Source of the DNA: Acidimicrobiia bacterium
GTDB lineage: Bacteria; Actinomycetota; Acidimicrobiia; Spongiisociales; ZC4RG35
Direction of reading: 5' to 3'
Length of the DNA: 64,000 bases
Assembly: GCA_017577575.2 (NCBI GenBank)
Contig: PKRG02000004.1
Span: 28,742-92,741, forward strand
Shown: piece by piece, positions 8,962-18,310 of the stretch
Layout: every line of letters begins with the position of its first letter
Position numbering within the stretch: position 1 is the stretch's first letter
The notes under the pieces: generated by a model
Database searches by the model: none
Told to the model about the DNA's origin: nothing
What the model saw: the letters and a program-made list of their open reading frames with translations, nothing else
Program-made: the position numbers and the translations under genes

Positions 8962-9513
8962 TCATACTTCCCTGAGCTCGGCTTCCTTCTCTTCCAGGAG
9001 AGAGTCGATCTGACCGATGAAGCGGTCGGTGAGGTCCTGGAGGTCCTTTTCGGCCCGGCGGATGTCGTCGTCGGAGATCTCGCCGTGGAGGGCTTCGATG
9101 TCGGTCTTCGTGTGGCGGCGTATGTTGCGGACCGCCACCCGGCCCTCCTCGGCCATGTTGCGAACGAGCTTGACGAGCTCCAGGCGCCGTTCCTCGGTGA
9201 GGGGCGGGAAGGAGATCCGGATCACCTTGCCGTCGTTGCTTGGGTTCAGCCCCAGGTCCGACGAGGAGATCGCCTTCTCGATGTCGCTCAACGAGTTGGG
9301 GTCGTAGGGGGAGACGACCATGAGCCGGGGCTCCGGCACGTTCACCGACGCCAGCTGCAGCACGGGTGTCGGGGTGCCGTAGTAGTCGACCGTGACCCGT
9401 TTCAGGATCTGGGGGTTGGCTCGGCCGGTGCGCACGGTGGCGAACTCGGAGACCACGTGATCGACGGCCTGGCTCATCTTCTGCTCTGCCTCTGCCAGTA
9501 AGTCTTGAATCAT
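8962..9513 (-). CDS. frr: Ribosome recycling factor
   Basis: 183 aa. MIQDLLAEAEQKMSQAVDHVVSEFATVRTGRANPQILKRVTVDYYG... is a typical RRF. Confidence 0.95.
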   Translation of the reverse strand: MIQDLLAEAEQKMSQAVDHVVSEFATVRTGRANPQILKRVTVDYYGTPTPVLQLASVNVPEPRLMVVSPYDPNSLSDIEKAISSSDLGLNPSNDGKVIRISFPPLTEERRLELVKLVRNMAEEGRVAVRNIRRHTKTDIEALHGEISDDDIRRAEKDLQDLTDRFIGQIDSLLEEKEAELREV

Positions 9514-9543
9514 CGATGCCTCCTAACGACCGTCGCGACCCGT

Positions 9544-9561
9544 CCCCTCTCCTCGGAGGGG
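9544..9561 (-). other. Short stem-loop CCCCTC-N6-GAGGGG in the pyrH-frr spacer
   Basis: 6-bp inverted repeat seen directly. No U-tract follows. It lies 30 nt upstream of the frr SD (AGGAGG). Function unknown. Confidence 0.25.
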
Positions 9562-9580
9562 ATGCCGTCGTCCGAGATGC

Positions 9581-10294
9581 CTACTGGACGACCGTTCCGA
9601 TGGGCTCCTCGCCCAACACTGCCTTGACGATGTTCCCGGGCTCGGTCATGTCGAAAACGACGATCGGCACCTCGTGCTCTTTGCACATGGTAACTGCCGT
9701 CGAATCCATCACCCTGAGATCCCGGGCGAGGAACTCCATGTAGGTGAGCTTCGGGAGCAGCTTCGCCGAGGGGTCCGTGTTCGGGTCGGCGTCGTAGACA
9801 CCGTCTACCTTCGAAGCCTTGAGGAGGGCGTCGGCCCCGATCTCCACGGCGCGCAGCGCGGCGGCGGTGTCGGTGGTGAAGAACGGGTTCCCGGTGCCGG
9901 CGGCGAAGATCACCACCCTCCCCTTCTCGAGATGGCGTATCGCCTTGAGGCGGATGTACGGCTCCGCCAGCTGCTGCATGGTGATGGCGGACTGCACCCG
10001 GGTCTCCACCCCGGCTTTCTCGAGGGCGTCGCGGAGGGCGAGGGCGTTGATCACGGTGGCGAGCATCCCCATGTAGTCGGCGGCGGCCGGGTCCATGCCC
10101 TTGGCCGCCTGCGACACCCCACGGAAGATGTTCCCGCCGCCGACCACGATGGCGACCTCGGCGCCGGCGCGGTGGGCTTCCGCCACCTCCTCGGCGACGC
10201 GCTTGACGGTGAGGGGATCGATCCCGTAGCCGACCGCCGGGTCGGCGAACGCCTCGCCGGACAGCTTCAGAAGGACCCGACGGCGGGCGGCCAT
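9581..10294 (-). CDS. pyrH: UMP kinase
   Basis: [16 protein letters not shown]...[10 protein letters not shown]...: amino-acid-kinase fold signature of PyrH. Confidence 0.95.
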   Translation of the reverse strand: MAARRRVLLKLSGEAFADPAVGYGIDPLTVKRVAEEVAEAHRAGAEVAIVVGGGNIFRGVSQAAKGMDPAAADYMGMLATVINALALRDALEKAGVETRVQSAITMQQLAEPYIRLKAIRHLEKGRVVIFAAGTGNPFFTTDTAAALRAVEIGADALLKASKVDGVYDADPNTDPSAKLLPKLTYMEFLARDLRVMDSTAVTMCKEHEVPIVVFDMTEPGNIVKAVLGEEPIGTVVQ

Positions 10295-10295
10295 C

Positions 10296-10913
10296 TCAGC
10301 CGCCTTCTCCCACCGCGAAACGGGCGATGCGGCGGACGCTGATGTTCTCGCCCATCTTGGCAGCCAAAGCGCCGACCATCTCGCCCACGGTCCCCTCGAA
10401 CCGCTCCGGATTGACGAACGTCTGGTCGTACAGGACGTTCTCTTGATAGAACTTCTCGATCCGGCCTTCGACGATGTTGGGGATCACGTTCTCCGGCTTG
10501 CCCTCGGCCGCAGCCTGGCGAGCGATGAGGTCGCGCTCCTTGGCGAGCTCCTCTTCGTCGACCTGCTCGCGTGTGACCCACCGGGGATTGCCCCACGAGA
10601 CGTGGAGGGCGATGTCGTTGGCGGTCTGCTTGAACTCTTCGCTCTTGGCGACGAAGTCGGTCTCGCAGGCGAGCTCCACCAGCACGCCGACCACGGGCCG
10701 GTCGTTCTGGACGTGGATGTAGTAGCCGATGGCGCCCTCCGAGGCCTCGCGGTCGGCCCGCTTGGCGGCCTGGGCGAGCCCCCGCTCCCGGAGCAGCTCG
10801 AAGGCCTTGTCGAAGTCTCCCCCGGCCTCCGCCAACGCCTGCTTGGCGTCCATCATGCCGACGCCGGCGGCCTGACGCAGCTTCTGTACGTCTTTGGCGG
10901 TGAACTCAGGCAT
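10296..10913 (-). CDS. tsf: Elongation factor Ts (short, ~205 aa form)
   Basis: [45 protein letters not shown] (UBA-like N-domain) followed by the EF-Ts core. Overlaps the rpsB stop by 8 nt. Confidence 0.9.
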   Translation of the reverse strand: MPEFTAKDVQKLRQAAGVGMMDAKQALAEAGGDFDKAFELLRERGLAQAAKRADREASEGAIGYYIHVQNDRPVVGVLVELACETDFVAKSEEFKQTANDIALHVSWGNPRWVTREQVDEEELAKERDLIARQAAAEGKPENVIPNIVEGRIEKFYQENVLYDQTFVNPERFEGTVGEMVGALAAKMGENISVRRIARFAVGEGG

Positions 10914-11661
10914 TGGCCTCCTCCTGCTGTTGCGCCTTCTGGTCGTCGCCCTCCGCCTTGACCACGCGGCGCTTGGCGGCGATCTCCTTGCCTTCGATGG
11001 CGGCTTCGGCGATGGCGCCGGCCACCAGCTCGGCGGAGCGGATGGCGTCGTCGTTTCCGGGGATGACGAAGTCGATCAGGTCGGGGTCGCAGTTGCTGTC
11101 GACGAGGGCGATCACCGGGATGCCGAGGCGGGATGCTTCCTTCACGGCGGTGGCCTCGGCGTTGACGTCGACCACGAACAGGGCGTCGGGGAGCCGGGTC
11201 ATCTCGGCGACCCCGCCCAGGTTGAGCTCGAGCTTCTCCCGTTCGCGGCGCAGCCTGAGGCGTTCCTTCTTGGGGAGCGCCTCGATCTCTTTGGTCTCCT
11301 CCATCTGGCGGAGCTCCTTCAAGTAGTAGATCCGCTTCTGGATGGTGGAGAAGTTCGTCAACATGCCGCCCAGCCACCGGTAGGTGACGTAGGGGTTGCC
11401 GGATCGGCGGGCCTGTTCGGCCACCGGGCCCTGGGCTTGCTTCTTGGTGCCGACGAACAGCACCGTGCCGCCGTTGGCGGACAGGTCCTTGACGAACTGG
11501 GTCGCCTTCTCGATCTGTTCCAGCGTCTGACGCAGATCGATGATGTGGATGCCGTTGCGCTCGCCGTAGATGTACGGCTTCATCTTCGGGTTCCAGCGGC
11601 GGGTCTGGTGCCCGAAGTGCACACCGGCCTCCAAGAGCTGCTTCATCGTGACAGCGCTCAT
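10906..11661 (-). CDS. rpsB: 30S ribosomal protein S2
   Basis: [43 protein letters not shown]... Confidence 0.95.
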   Translation of the reverse strand: MSAVTMKQLLEAGVHFGHQTRRWNPKMKPYIYGERNGIHIIDLRQTLEQIEKATQFVKDLSANGGTVLFVGTKKQAQGPVAEQARRSGNPYVTYRWLGGMLTNFSTIQKRIYYLKELRQMEETKEIEALPKKERLRLRREREKLELNLGGVAEMTRLPDALFVVDVNAEATAVKEASRLGIPVIALVDSNCDPDLIDFVIPGNDDAIRSAELVAGAIAEAAIEGKEIAAKRRVVKAEGDDQKAQQQEEANA

Positions 11662-11806
11662 GGATGCGGTTCCTTTCCTGGTTGCTTCCTCCGTCCGCCG
11701 GCGAATCTCGCCGTCCTCGCGGACGCCCCGTCTACAGCCGCGGCTGCACCAGGCGGAGCGAGCGGACGTGTGTGATCGGCCGGATGATACCGGCGGGGTG
11801 CTCCGA

Positions 11807-12589
11807 CTAGAGAATCGGCGGCTCGGCCAACCGGTTCCTGAGGGACATCACGGTCTTGGCGTGGATCTGACAGACCCGGGACTCGGTCACGCCGAGCACC
11901 TCGCCGATCTCGGCCAGGGTCAGGCCCTCGTAGTAGTACAGGGTGACGACGAGGCGCTCCCGGTCGGGCAGGCGATTGATCGAGTCCACCAGGATCCGCC
12001 TCGTCTCCTCGGCCTGGAAGGCCGCCTCCGGGGACACGCCCGACGGGTCGGTGACGAGGTCTTTGAGCGTCACGGTGGCGTCCCCCGACCCGACCGTCTG
12101 GTCGAGTGCGGCGATGCCGAGTTGGGAGATCTCGGCCAGGTCGTTCTGGATGGTCTCGACGTCCGTCTCCATGTACTCGGCGAGCTCCTCGTCGGTGGGG
12201 CTGCGCTGGAGGGTGTGCTCGAGCTCGCCGATGGACCGCTCGATCTCCCGCGCTTTAGCCCGCACCGAGCGGGGCACCCAGTCGAGTGACCGCAGCTCGT
12301 CGAGGATGGCGCCCTTGATGCGGTTGATGGCGTACGTCTCGAACTTGAAGCCCCGCTCGGGATCGAACTTGTCGATGGCGTCGATGAGCCCGAAGATCCC
12401 GTAGGAGGCGAGGTCGTTCTGGTCGACGCTCCTCGGGAGACCGGCGGCGACGCGGCCGGCGACGAACTTGACCAGGGGCGAGTAGTGCAGGATCAAGCTC
12501 TCGCGGACCTTCGGGTCCCCCGTCTCCTTGAACCGCGTCCACAGCTCGTCGATGTCTGACGTCTGATCGCTCTCCACGCGATCGGTCAT
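11807..12589 (-). CDS. whiG: FliA/WhiG-family (sigma-28 type) RNA polymerase sigma factor
   Basis: 260 aa. Region 2: [16 protein letters not shown]...[42 protein letters not shown]. Region 4: [25 protein letters not shown]. It lies next to rpsB, as whiG does in Streptomyces as I remember it. Confidence 0.8.
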   Translation of the reverse strand: MTDRVESDQTSDIDELWTRFKETGDPKVRESLILHYSPLVKFVAGRVAAGLPRSVDQNDLASYGIFGLIDAIDKFDPERGFKFETYAINRIKGAILDELRSLDWVPRSVRAKAREIERSIGELEHTLQRSPTDEELAEYMETDVETIQNDLAEISQLGIAALDQTVGSGDATVTLKDLVTDPSGVSPEAAFQAEETRRILVDSINRLPDRERLVVTLYYYEGLTLAEIGEVLGVTESRVCQIHAKTVMSLRNRLAEPPIL

Positions 12590-12666
12590 GTGGTGTTCGC
12601 CTCTGCCTCGCTGGTCCGGGGAGTGTAGGACGACGGGGCCCGACCACCGCTGATCACTTGCGGCGA

Positions 12667-13500
12667 TCAGGCGAAGAAGACCTGGCCGGCTTCGATCCTC
12701 ACGCTGCCCTCGGCTTCCATTCTGCCCAACAATTGCAGAACCGCCGCCGCATCTCCACCGTTCGCCTCCACGATCTCCTCCAGCGTGGCGCCCTCGTGGG
12801 GGACTTCGAGCGGCGGGCTCGTCGACGGGACGGGGCGCGGCGGGCCGAGGACCAGGCTGAGCGCTTCGATCAAGTCGTCGGCGCCGAGGACCGGCACGGC
12901 GCCGTCCCGGATCAACAGGTTGGTTCCCCGGGACGTGTCGCGGTGGACGTCACCGGGCACGGCGAACACGTCCCGTCCCTGTTCGGCGGCGAGCCGGGCG
13001 GTGATCAACGCCCCTCCTTTGGCAGCCGCCTCGACGACGACCACGGCGGCAGCGAGTGCGGAGATGATCCGGTTGCGGGCAGGGAATCTCCAGGGCTCGG
13101 GGCGGGTGCCCGGCGGATATTCCGACACTACCGCCCCGCCTGCGGCGACGAGCTGTCTTCCCAGCGCCTCGTGCTCCGGCGGGTACCACACGTCGATGCC
13201 GCAGCCGAGGACGGCGATGCCTCTCCCGTCGGCGTCGATGCAGCCGCGGTGGGCGGCGCCGTCGATTCCCCGGGCCAGGCCGCTGACCACGACCCACCCG
13301 GCCCGGGCGACCGCCCGGCCCATCTCCCGCCCGAGGCTCAGCCCGTAGCGGGTGGCCCGGCGGGTCCCGACGATCGCCACCGCCGGGCCGACGGGCAACG
13401 TCCCCCTCACCCACAGGCGCTCGGGCGGGTCGGCGATCTCTTCGAGAACCGACGGGTAGGAGGGGTCTTTGCGGGCGATTACCTCGACGCCGGTCACCAC
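12667..13500 (-). CDS. dprA: DNA-processing protein DprA (short form, Rossmann core plus C-terminal wHTH-like tail)
   Basis: Track ORF 12667..14229 trimmed to GTG 13500 (or 13497), which overlaps the comM stop (GTGGTGA). Sequence: ...YPSVLEEIADPPERLWVRG...VGTRRATRYG...SGLARGIDGAAHRG...PARNRIISAL... Confidence 0.85.
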   Translation of the reverse strand: MVTGVEVIARKDPSYPSVLEEIADPPERLWVRGTLPVGPAVAIVGTRRATRYGLSLGREMGRAVARAGWVVVSGLARGIDGAAHRGCIDADGRGIAVLGCGIDVWYPPEHEALGRQLVAAGGAVVSEYPPGTRPEPWRFPARNRIISALAAAVVVVEAAAKGGALITARLAAEQGRDVFAVPGDVHRDTSRGTNLLIRDGAVPVLGADDLIEALSLVLGPPRPVPSTSPPLEVPHEGATLEEIVEANGGDAAAVLQLLGRMEAEGSVRIEAGQVFFA

Positions 13501-14957
13501 GATCCGCGGAGGGCCAGCGCCTCGGAGAGGTGGGGCTCGGCCACCGTCTCGGCTTCGTCGAGGTCGGCCAACGTCCGGGCGACGCGACGGATGCGGTCGA
13601 AGCCGCGGCCGGTCAGGCCCACCCGGTCCACCGCGCGCTCGAGGAGGTCGCCGGCGGCGGGATCCATGGGCAGGGCGTCGAGCTGGGCGCGGGTCAGGTC
13701 CCGGTTGAGCGTGCCCCTCTCGGCTTGCCGCTTGCGGGCGGCCGCCACTCGGGGGGCGACCGCCGCCGTCGTCTCGCCTGGCGGTGCCTGGAGCTCCTCG
13801 GCGCTCAGCCGCCTGACTGCGACCCGCAGGTCGAAGCGGTCGAACAACGGGCCGGAGATGCGGCGCCGGTATCGGTGGACGTCTGCCGGAGAGCAGCGGC
13901 ATGCCTGGATCCGGTCGCCGGCGTATCCACACGGGCAGGGGTTGGTGGCGGCCACCAGCTGGACACCGGCGGGGAGCGTCACCGACAGCCCCCGGCGGGC
14001 GATGACTACCTGGCCTTCTTCGAGGGGCTGGCGGAGGGCGTCGAGCGACCGGGCGGGGAACTCGCCGAGCTCGTCGAGGAAGAGGACCCCGTGTGTGGCG
14101 AGGGAGATCTCTCCGGGCACGACCGCACCGGTTCCTCCCCCGATCAGGGCGGCGAGGCTGGCCGTGTGATGAGGCGCCCGAAACGGCGGGGTGTGGTCCA
14201 CGCCTCGGCCCCTTCCCGCAGCCGTCCACACACAGGCCGTCTCGAGGGCCTGCTGGTCGTCGAGCGGCGGGAGCAGCCCAGCCAGCCGGCGTGCCAGCAT
14301 CGTCTTGCCGGACCCGGGTGGACCGTGGAGGAACAGGTGATGGCCCCCGGCGGCGGCTACCTCCAGAGCCCGGCGGGCGAGAGGCTGCCCGCGAACGTCG
14401 GCCAGGTCGGGGACCGGAGGACGTTGGCGGCTGGCCGCCTCGACGGGCCGTCGCCGCGCCTGGCCGGCGACCAACGCCGCCGCCTCCGCCAGGGTCCTCA
14501 CCGGCACGACGTCGGCTCCCGCCACCGAAGACGCCTCCGCCGCCGCTTCATCGGCCACCAGACACGGCACCCCCATCCGCGACGCCACGATCGCCGCCCC
14601 CAGCGATCCCCTGCCTGCGCGGACCGTGCCGTCGAGGGCGAGCTCGCCCAGAGCGACGATGGGCCGGGCCGGGATGGTCCCGGCGGCACCCAGCACACAC
14701 AGGGCGATGGGCAGGTCGTAGTCGGCACCACCCTTCGGCAAGTCGGCGGGCGCCAGGTTCACGGTGATGTGCCGGGCCGGAAACGACATCGAAGACGACG
14801 CCACCGCCGCCCGGACCCGCTCTTTCGCCTCGCGCACCGCGGTGTCGGGCAGACCGCTGAGCTTGAAGACGTCCTTGGCTCCACCCACGTGCGCCTCCAC
14901 CCGCACCGGTCGCGGCTCGGCTCCGACCATCGTCACGGAAGTCGTCTCGGCGAACAT
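13494..14957 (-). CDS. comM: Mg-chelatase-like AAA+ ATPase ComM/YifB
   Basis: 487 aa. Lon-protease-like N-domain (VEAHVGGAKDVFKLSGLPDTAVREAKERV), then Walker A LHGPPGSGKTMLA and the C-terminal ChlI-like part. Confidence 0.9.
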   Translation of the reverse strand: MFAETTSVTMVGAEPRPVRVEAHVGGAKDVFKLSGLPDTAVREAKERVRAAVASSSMSFPARHITVNLAPADLPKGGADYDLPIALCVLGAAGTIPARPIVALGELALDGTVRAGRGSLGAAIVASRMGVPCLVADEAAAEASSVAGADVVPVRTLAEAAALVAGQARRRPVEAASRQRPPVPDLADVRGQPLARRALEVAAAGGHHLFLHGPPGSGKTMLARRLAGLLPPLDDQQALETACVWTAAGRGRGVDHTPPFRAPHHTASLAALIGGGTGAVVPGEISLATHGVLFLDELGEFPARSLDALRQPLEEGQVVIARRGLSVTLPAGVQLVAATNPCPCGYAGDRIQACRCSPADVHRYRRRISGPLFDRFDLRVAVRRLSAEELQAPPGETTAAVAPRVAAARKRQAERGTLNRDLTRAQLDALPMDPAAGDLLERAVDRVGLTGRGFDRIRRVARTLADLDEAETVAEPHLSEALALRGSW

Positions 14958-15002
14958 GTCGCCGAACCTACGGGCTGGAGCCGCCCCTGAACAGGGGTGC
15001 GT

Positions 15003-15407
15003 CTAGTCGAGGCCGCGCTCGGCCAGGTACTCCCTGGAGAGACGCTTGGGCGCCTGCGCGGCCCAGGCTTCGAGGATCACCTCTTCCAGGTCCTCCACCG
15101 ACGCCGCGTCGAGGTCGACGAGCACGGCCGGATAGCCGTCGAAGTGCGGCGTTGTGAAGAAGACATCGGGCGCGTCGGAGATCAGAGCCTCCTTCACCCC
15201 CACGTCCGGGGTGCGGACACCCAGGATGGGGCCTTCGGGCGCCGCCTCGCCGAGGGCTTCGTAGTCGGAGCGGCGCAGCGGCCGTTCCCACGCCACCGGC
15301 TTTCCCCGCACCCGCCAGGACCCGTTCGTCTCGACGACCTCGGGCAGAGCACCGGCGATGCGCCTGACGTCTTCCCAGGTGGCCACGTCCCCTCCTTTCG
15401 GGCCCAC
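15003..15407 (-). CDS. MmcQ/YjbR-family protein
   Basis: 134 aa. WEDVRRIAGALPEVVE...WRVRGKPVAW... The pattern resembles the YjbR/MmcQ family. Recognised from memory only. Confidence 0.65.
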   Translation of the reverse strand: MGPKGGDVATWEDVRRIAGALPEVVETNGSWRVRGKPVAWERPLRRSDYEALGEAAPEGPILGVRTPDVGVKEALISDAPDVFFTTPHFDGYPAVLVDLDAASVEDLEEVILEAWAAQAPKRLSREYLAERGLD

Positions 15408-15419
15408 CCGGCCCCGACC

Positions 15420-16196
15420 CTAGCGATCTCTGAACTCCGGCGGCCTCTTGTCCACGAACGCCTGGACGCCTTCGGCGAAGTCCTCCGTCGACAGGCAGAT
15501 CGACTGCGACTGCCCTTCCCAGGCCAATGCCTCGCCGAACGACACGTCCCAGCTGGCGTCGATGCCCTGCTTGATGAACATCTGCGCCACCGGGGCCCCG
15601 GAGAGGAACGACTCGGCGATCTCGGTGACCCGGGCCGTGAGGCGCTCCGGCTCGACCACCTCGAGGCACAGGCCGATGCGCACCGCCTCCTCGGCCTCCA
15701 CGATGCGCCCCGACAACGCCAGTTCCTTGGCCCGCTGCATCCCCACGGCCCGCGGGAGCAGCCACGTGCCTCCGAAATCGAGGCTGAGGCCACGACGCAC
15801 GAAGATCTCCGAGAACCGGGCGCGGGTGGTGGCGACGACCACGTCGCAGCCGAGCGCCAAGTTCATCCCCGCCCCCACCGCCACGCCGTCGACGGCGGCG
15901 ATGGTCGGTTTCGTGGTGCGGTGCAGGGCGGTGGCGGCGGCGGCGACTTGTTTCATCCGCCGGTGCCGGTCGATGAGCGGGACGTCACTCGCCATCGACG
16001 GGTCGAGCTCAGCTCCCGCACAGAAGTCCTCGCCGTCTCCGCGGATGACGAGGACGCGGGCTTCCGATCGCTCGAAGTCTTCGAGGGCTTCCCTCAGCTC
16101 GGCCCAACCCCCCGGGGGCACTGCGTTCTTGCGCCCGGGATTGGACAACGTCAGCCAGCGGATCGGACCCGCGTCCTCTGTCGACACCCAGCTCAT
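15420..16196 (-). CDS. Enoyl-CoA hydratase/isomerase (crotonase) family protein
   Basis: 258 aa. VLVIRGDGEDFCAGAELD and AAVDGVAVGAGMNLALGCDVVVA are crotonase oxyanion-hole blocks. Confidence 0.85.
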   Translation of the reverse strand: MSWVSTEDAGPIRWLTLSNPGRKNAVPPGGWAELREALEDFERSEARVLVIRGDGEDFCAGAELDPSMASDVPLIDRHRRMKQVAAAATALHRTTKPTIAAVDGVAVGAGMNLALGCDVVVATTRARFSEIFVRRGLSLDFGGTWLLPRAVGMQRAKELALSGRIVEAEEAVRIGLCLEVVEPERLTARVTEIAESFLSGAPVAQMFIKQGIDASWDVSFGEALAWEGQSQSICLSTEDFAEGVQAFVDKRPPEFRDR

Positions 16197-16238
16197 GGCC
16201 CGTGACGGTAACCGTCTAGGCCCGAGCAGATGGAGAAA

Positions 16239-17087
16239 TCACCGTCGGAGGCTCTCGCAGGCGATGCCGTCGTTGTCCCTGTCGAGCTTGGCGACGTCTC
16301 CGTAGTACGGGTAGTAGTACTCGAACCAGGCCTGGGCCTCTTCCCAGCTGTCGAAGTCGTCACAGTTCTTCGAGTCGCCCGGATAGGGCGGCTTGGCCGG
16401 CTGGGTGGTCGTCGTCGATGTGGTCGTCGTGGTCGTCGGACGCGCCGGGGGCTCGATCGGGTCCAGGCCCAGGGCTCGGGACAAAAACGACGCCATCTGT
16501 TCGCGGGTCACCGGGTCGTCGGGACAGAACCGATCGTTCCTCGGCGGATTGCATCCCCTCGTGATGCCGGCGTCTGCCAGCGCGGCGATGTCCCCCGCGA
16601 ACACCGAGCCGGCCGTGTCGGTGAACCAGGCGCCGCCGCCGGACAGCCCCAGGGCCCGGACCAGGAAAGCGGCCATCTGGCCGCGGGTCACGGACTCTTC
16701 GGGGCAGAAGCGGTCGTTCTTCGGGGGATTGCACCCTCGAGTCACCCCCACGGAGACCAGCCAGGCGATGTCCTCGGCGAAGACGCTGTCCACCGAGTCG
16801 ACGAACACCACCCGCTCTCCCACAACGGGGAGATCGGGCAGTGCCCGATGGAGGAACGCCGCCATCTGCCCGCGGCTGACCGGCTCGTCGGGACAGAACA
16901 GGTCGTTGTCAGGCGGGTTGCACCCTCGCGTGATGCCCGCCGCGGCTATGGCCTCGATGTTGCCCTGGTGCACCGAGGCGTCGTCGTCGCGGAACGTTCC
17001 CCCCGGGGGCAGCGCGGCGTAGGCGACGCTGCCCACCATCAGCAGCGAGGCCAGGAATCCCAACACGAAACGAGATCGTCGGTTCAT
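16239..17087 (-). CDS. Secreted protein: signal peptide, 3 Cys-containing SLH-like repeats, Thr-rich linker, C-terminal Excalibur-like Ca-binding motif
   Basis: MNRRSRFVLGFLASLLMVGSVAYA (signal peptide). Three copies of ~FxxDIxxLxxxGITRGCNPPxNDxFCPDxxVTRGQMAAFLxRAL, then PTTTTTTSTTTTQ, then DRDNDGIACE (DxDxDGxxCE). Confidence 0.8.
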   Translation of the reverse strand: MNRRSRFVLGFLASLLMVGSVAYAALPPGGTFRDDDASVHQGNIEAIAAAGITRGCNPPDNDLFCPDEPVSRGQMAAFLHRALPDLPVVGERVVFVDSVDSVFAEDIAWLVSVGVTRGCNPPKNDRFCPEESVTRGQMAAFLVRALGLSGGGAWFTDTAGSVFAGDIAALADAGITRGCNPPRNDRFCPDDPVTREQMASFLSRALGLDPIEPPARPTTTTTTSTTTTQPAKPPYPGDSKNCDDFDSWEEAQAWFEYYYPYYGDVAKLDRDNDGIACESLRR

Positions 17088-17216
17088 TGCATCCTCCCTT
17101 TCGGACCCACGGGATCGCTGTCAGCTTGGAGGTGGGACCGGCGTTCGGCAACGGGCCCTTCTTCCCATTTTTTCGGCTGCTGTGGACTGTTCGGCGGCGC
17201 GTCTACTGTGATCCGC

Positions 17217-17330
17217 ATGGGTTTCAACCCGTTCCGCGAGCAGAAGAAGGGCCTCCTCGACGTCGCCATGGTCGTGGCGGCGGTGGCCGTCACGATCGCT
17301 CTCGTCGCCTGGGGTTTCCTGGGAGGGTGA
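17217..17330 (+). CDS. Possible 37-aa single-TM micro-protein
   Basis: Tail of track ORF 16230..17330: MGFNPFREQKKGLLDVAMVVAAVAVTIALVAWGFLGG. No SD. A TAnnnT-like hexamer (TACTGT) ends ~8 nt upstream, so it may be leaderless. Coding status unproven. Confidence 0.4.
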   Translation: MGFNPFREQKKGLLDVAMVVAAVAVTIALVAWGFLGG

Positions 17331-17334
17331 TCCG

Positions 17335-17541
17335 ATGCTCCGCTGGGGACACTTCGAAGTGACAGTGACGCCTGTCCAGCCCTACGCCGCCCGCAAGACG
17401 TACGTGTGCCCGGGCTGTGAGTCGTCCATACCTCCGGGCACGTTCCATCTCGTCGTCGTCCCCGACGAAGCGCCGGACCTTCGGCGCCACTGGCACCACG
17501 GTTGCTGGCACCGTCAGCAGAGGATGCAGCGCCGGCGGTGA
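17335..17541 (+). CDS. Small Cys/His-rich (zinc-ribbon-like) protein
   Basis: 68 aa: ...KTYVCPGCESSIPPGTFHLVV...RRHWHHGCWHRQ. A strong SD (GGGAGGG) lies 7 nt upstream of the ATG, 4 nt after the preceding micro-ORF stop. Confidence 0.6.
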   Translation: MLRWGHFEVTVTPVQPYAARKTYVCPGCESSIPPGTFHLVVVPDEAPDLRRHWHHGCWHRQQRMQRRR

Positions 17542-17542
17542 C

Positions 17543-18310
17543 TCAGGGGTCCCGGCGGGCCAGCGACCACCAAGCCCCGGCCACCCCGAGGAGGGTCCAC
17601 AGGGCCACCACCACGACGGCCCGCCCCGGAGGTATCCCCGAGCCCGGGATCATCTGGGCGAAGACGCTTCCCTCCAGGGTTCCCAGCAGGGCGGTGGAGT
17701 TGGCGGTCAGCGACACGTTGGCGTAGGGCCTCCACAGCCCGAGCAGCGACTCGCCGAACGAGAACGCCAGGGCGGCGCCCACGGCCGGGCCGACGCCGCG
17801 GAGGAGCCCCACCAGAGCCAGGCCCAGCGACACCCAGGCGACCTGCACGAGGAGCGAGCTGGCGTAGATCTTCAACCAGTCCGAGGCCGGCAGCGTGCCC
17901 TCCCCCACGCCTCCGACCGCCACCACCGCCGCCGCCCCGGCGATCGCTGCGCCTATCGCCAACCACGAGGCGCCGGAGAGCACGAGGAGTCGGGCGCCGA
18001 CGTGACGCAGCCTCCTCGCTTCCCGGGTGAGGCTGGTCGCCCAGAACGAGCTGGATATCTCCGTTCCCAGCATCATCGCCGCCAGGATCAGCGGGAACCA
18101 CGTCTGGCCGATCACCTGCTGCGCGGCGATGAGATAGCCGTCGGGCTTCGGCATCGGGGCGAGCCCTTCAGCGGCGTCGGGGGCTATGCGGGGGAAGACG
18201 ACGGTGAAGAACGCCATCATGGCGACCAGGACGCCGAGAATGGCCACCATGAGGAAGTAGGCCTTGCGGCGCAGCAGCTTCACCAGCTCGGCGCGGACCA
18301 GGTACGTCAT
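17543..18310 (-). CDS. ABC-2 type transporter permease
   Basis: 255 aa with ~6 predicted TM helices. N-terminus MTYLVRAELVKLLRRKAYFLMV is typical of ABC-2 permeases. 4-nt overlap with the upstream ATPase gene. Confidence 0.75.
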   Translation of the reverse strand: MTYLVRAELVKLLRRKAYFLMVAILGVLVAMMAFFTVVFPRIAPDAAEGLAPMPKPDGYLIAAQQVIGQTWFPLILAAMMLGTEISSSFWATSLTREARRLRHVGARLLVLSGASWLAIGAAIAGAAAVVAVGGVGEGTLPASDWLKIYASSLLVQVAWVSLGLALVGLLRGVGPAVGAALAFSFGESLLGLWRPYANVSLTANSTALLGTLEGSVFAQMIPGSGIPPGRAVVVVALWTLLGVAGAWWSLARRDP

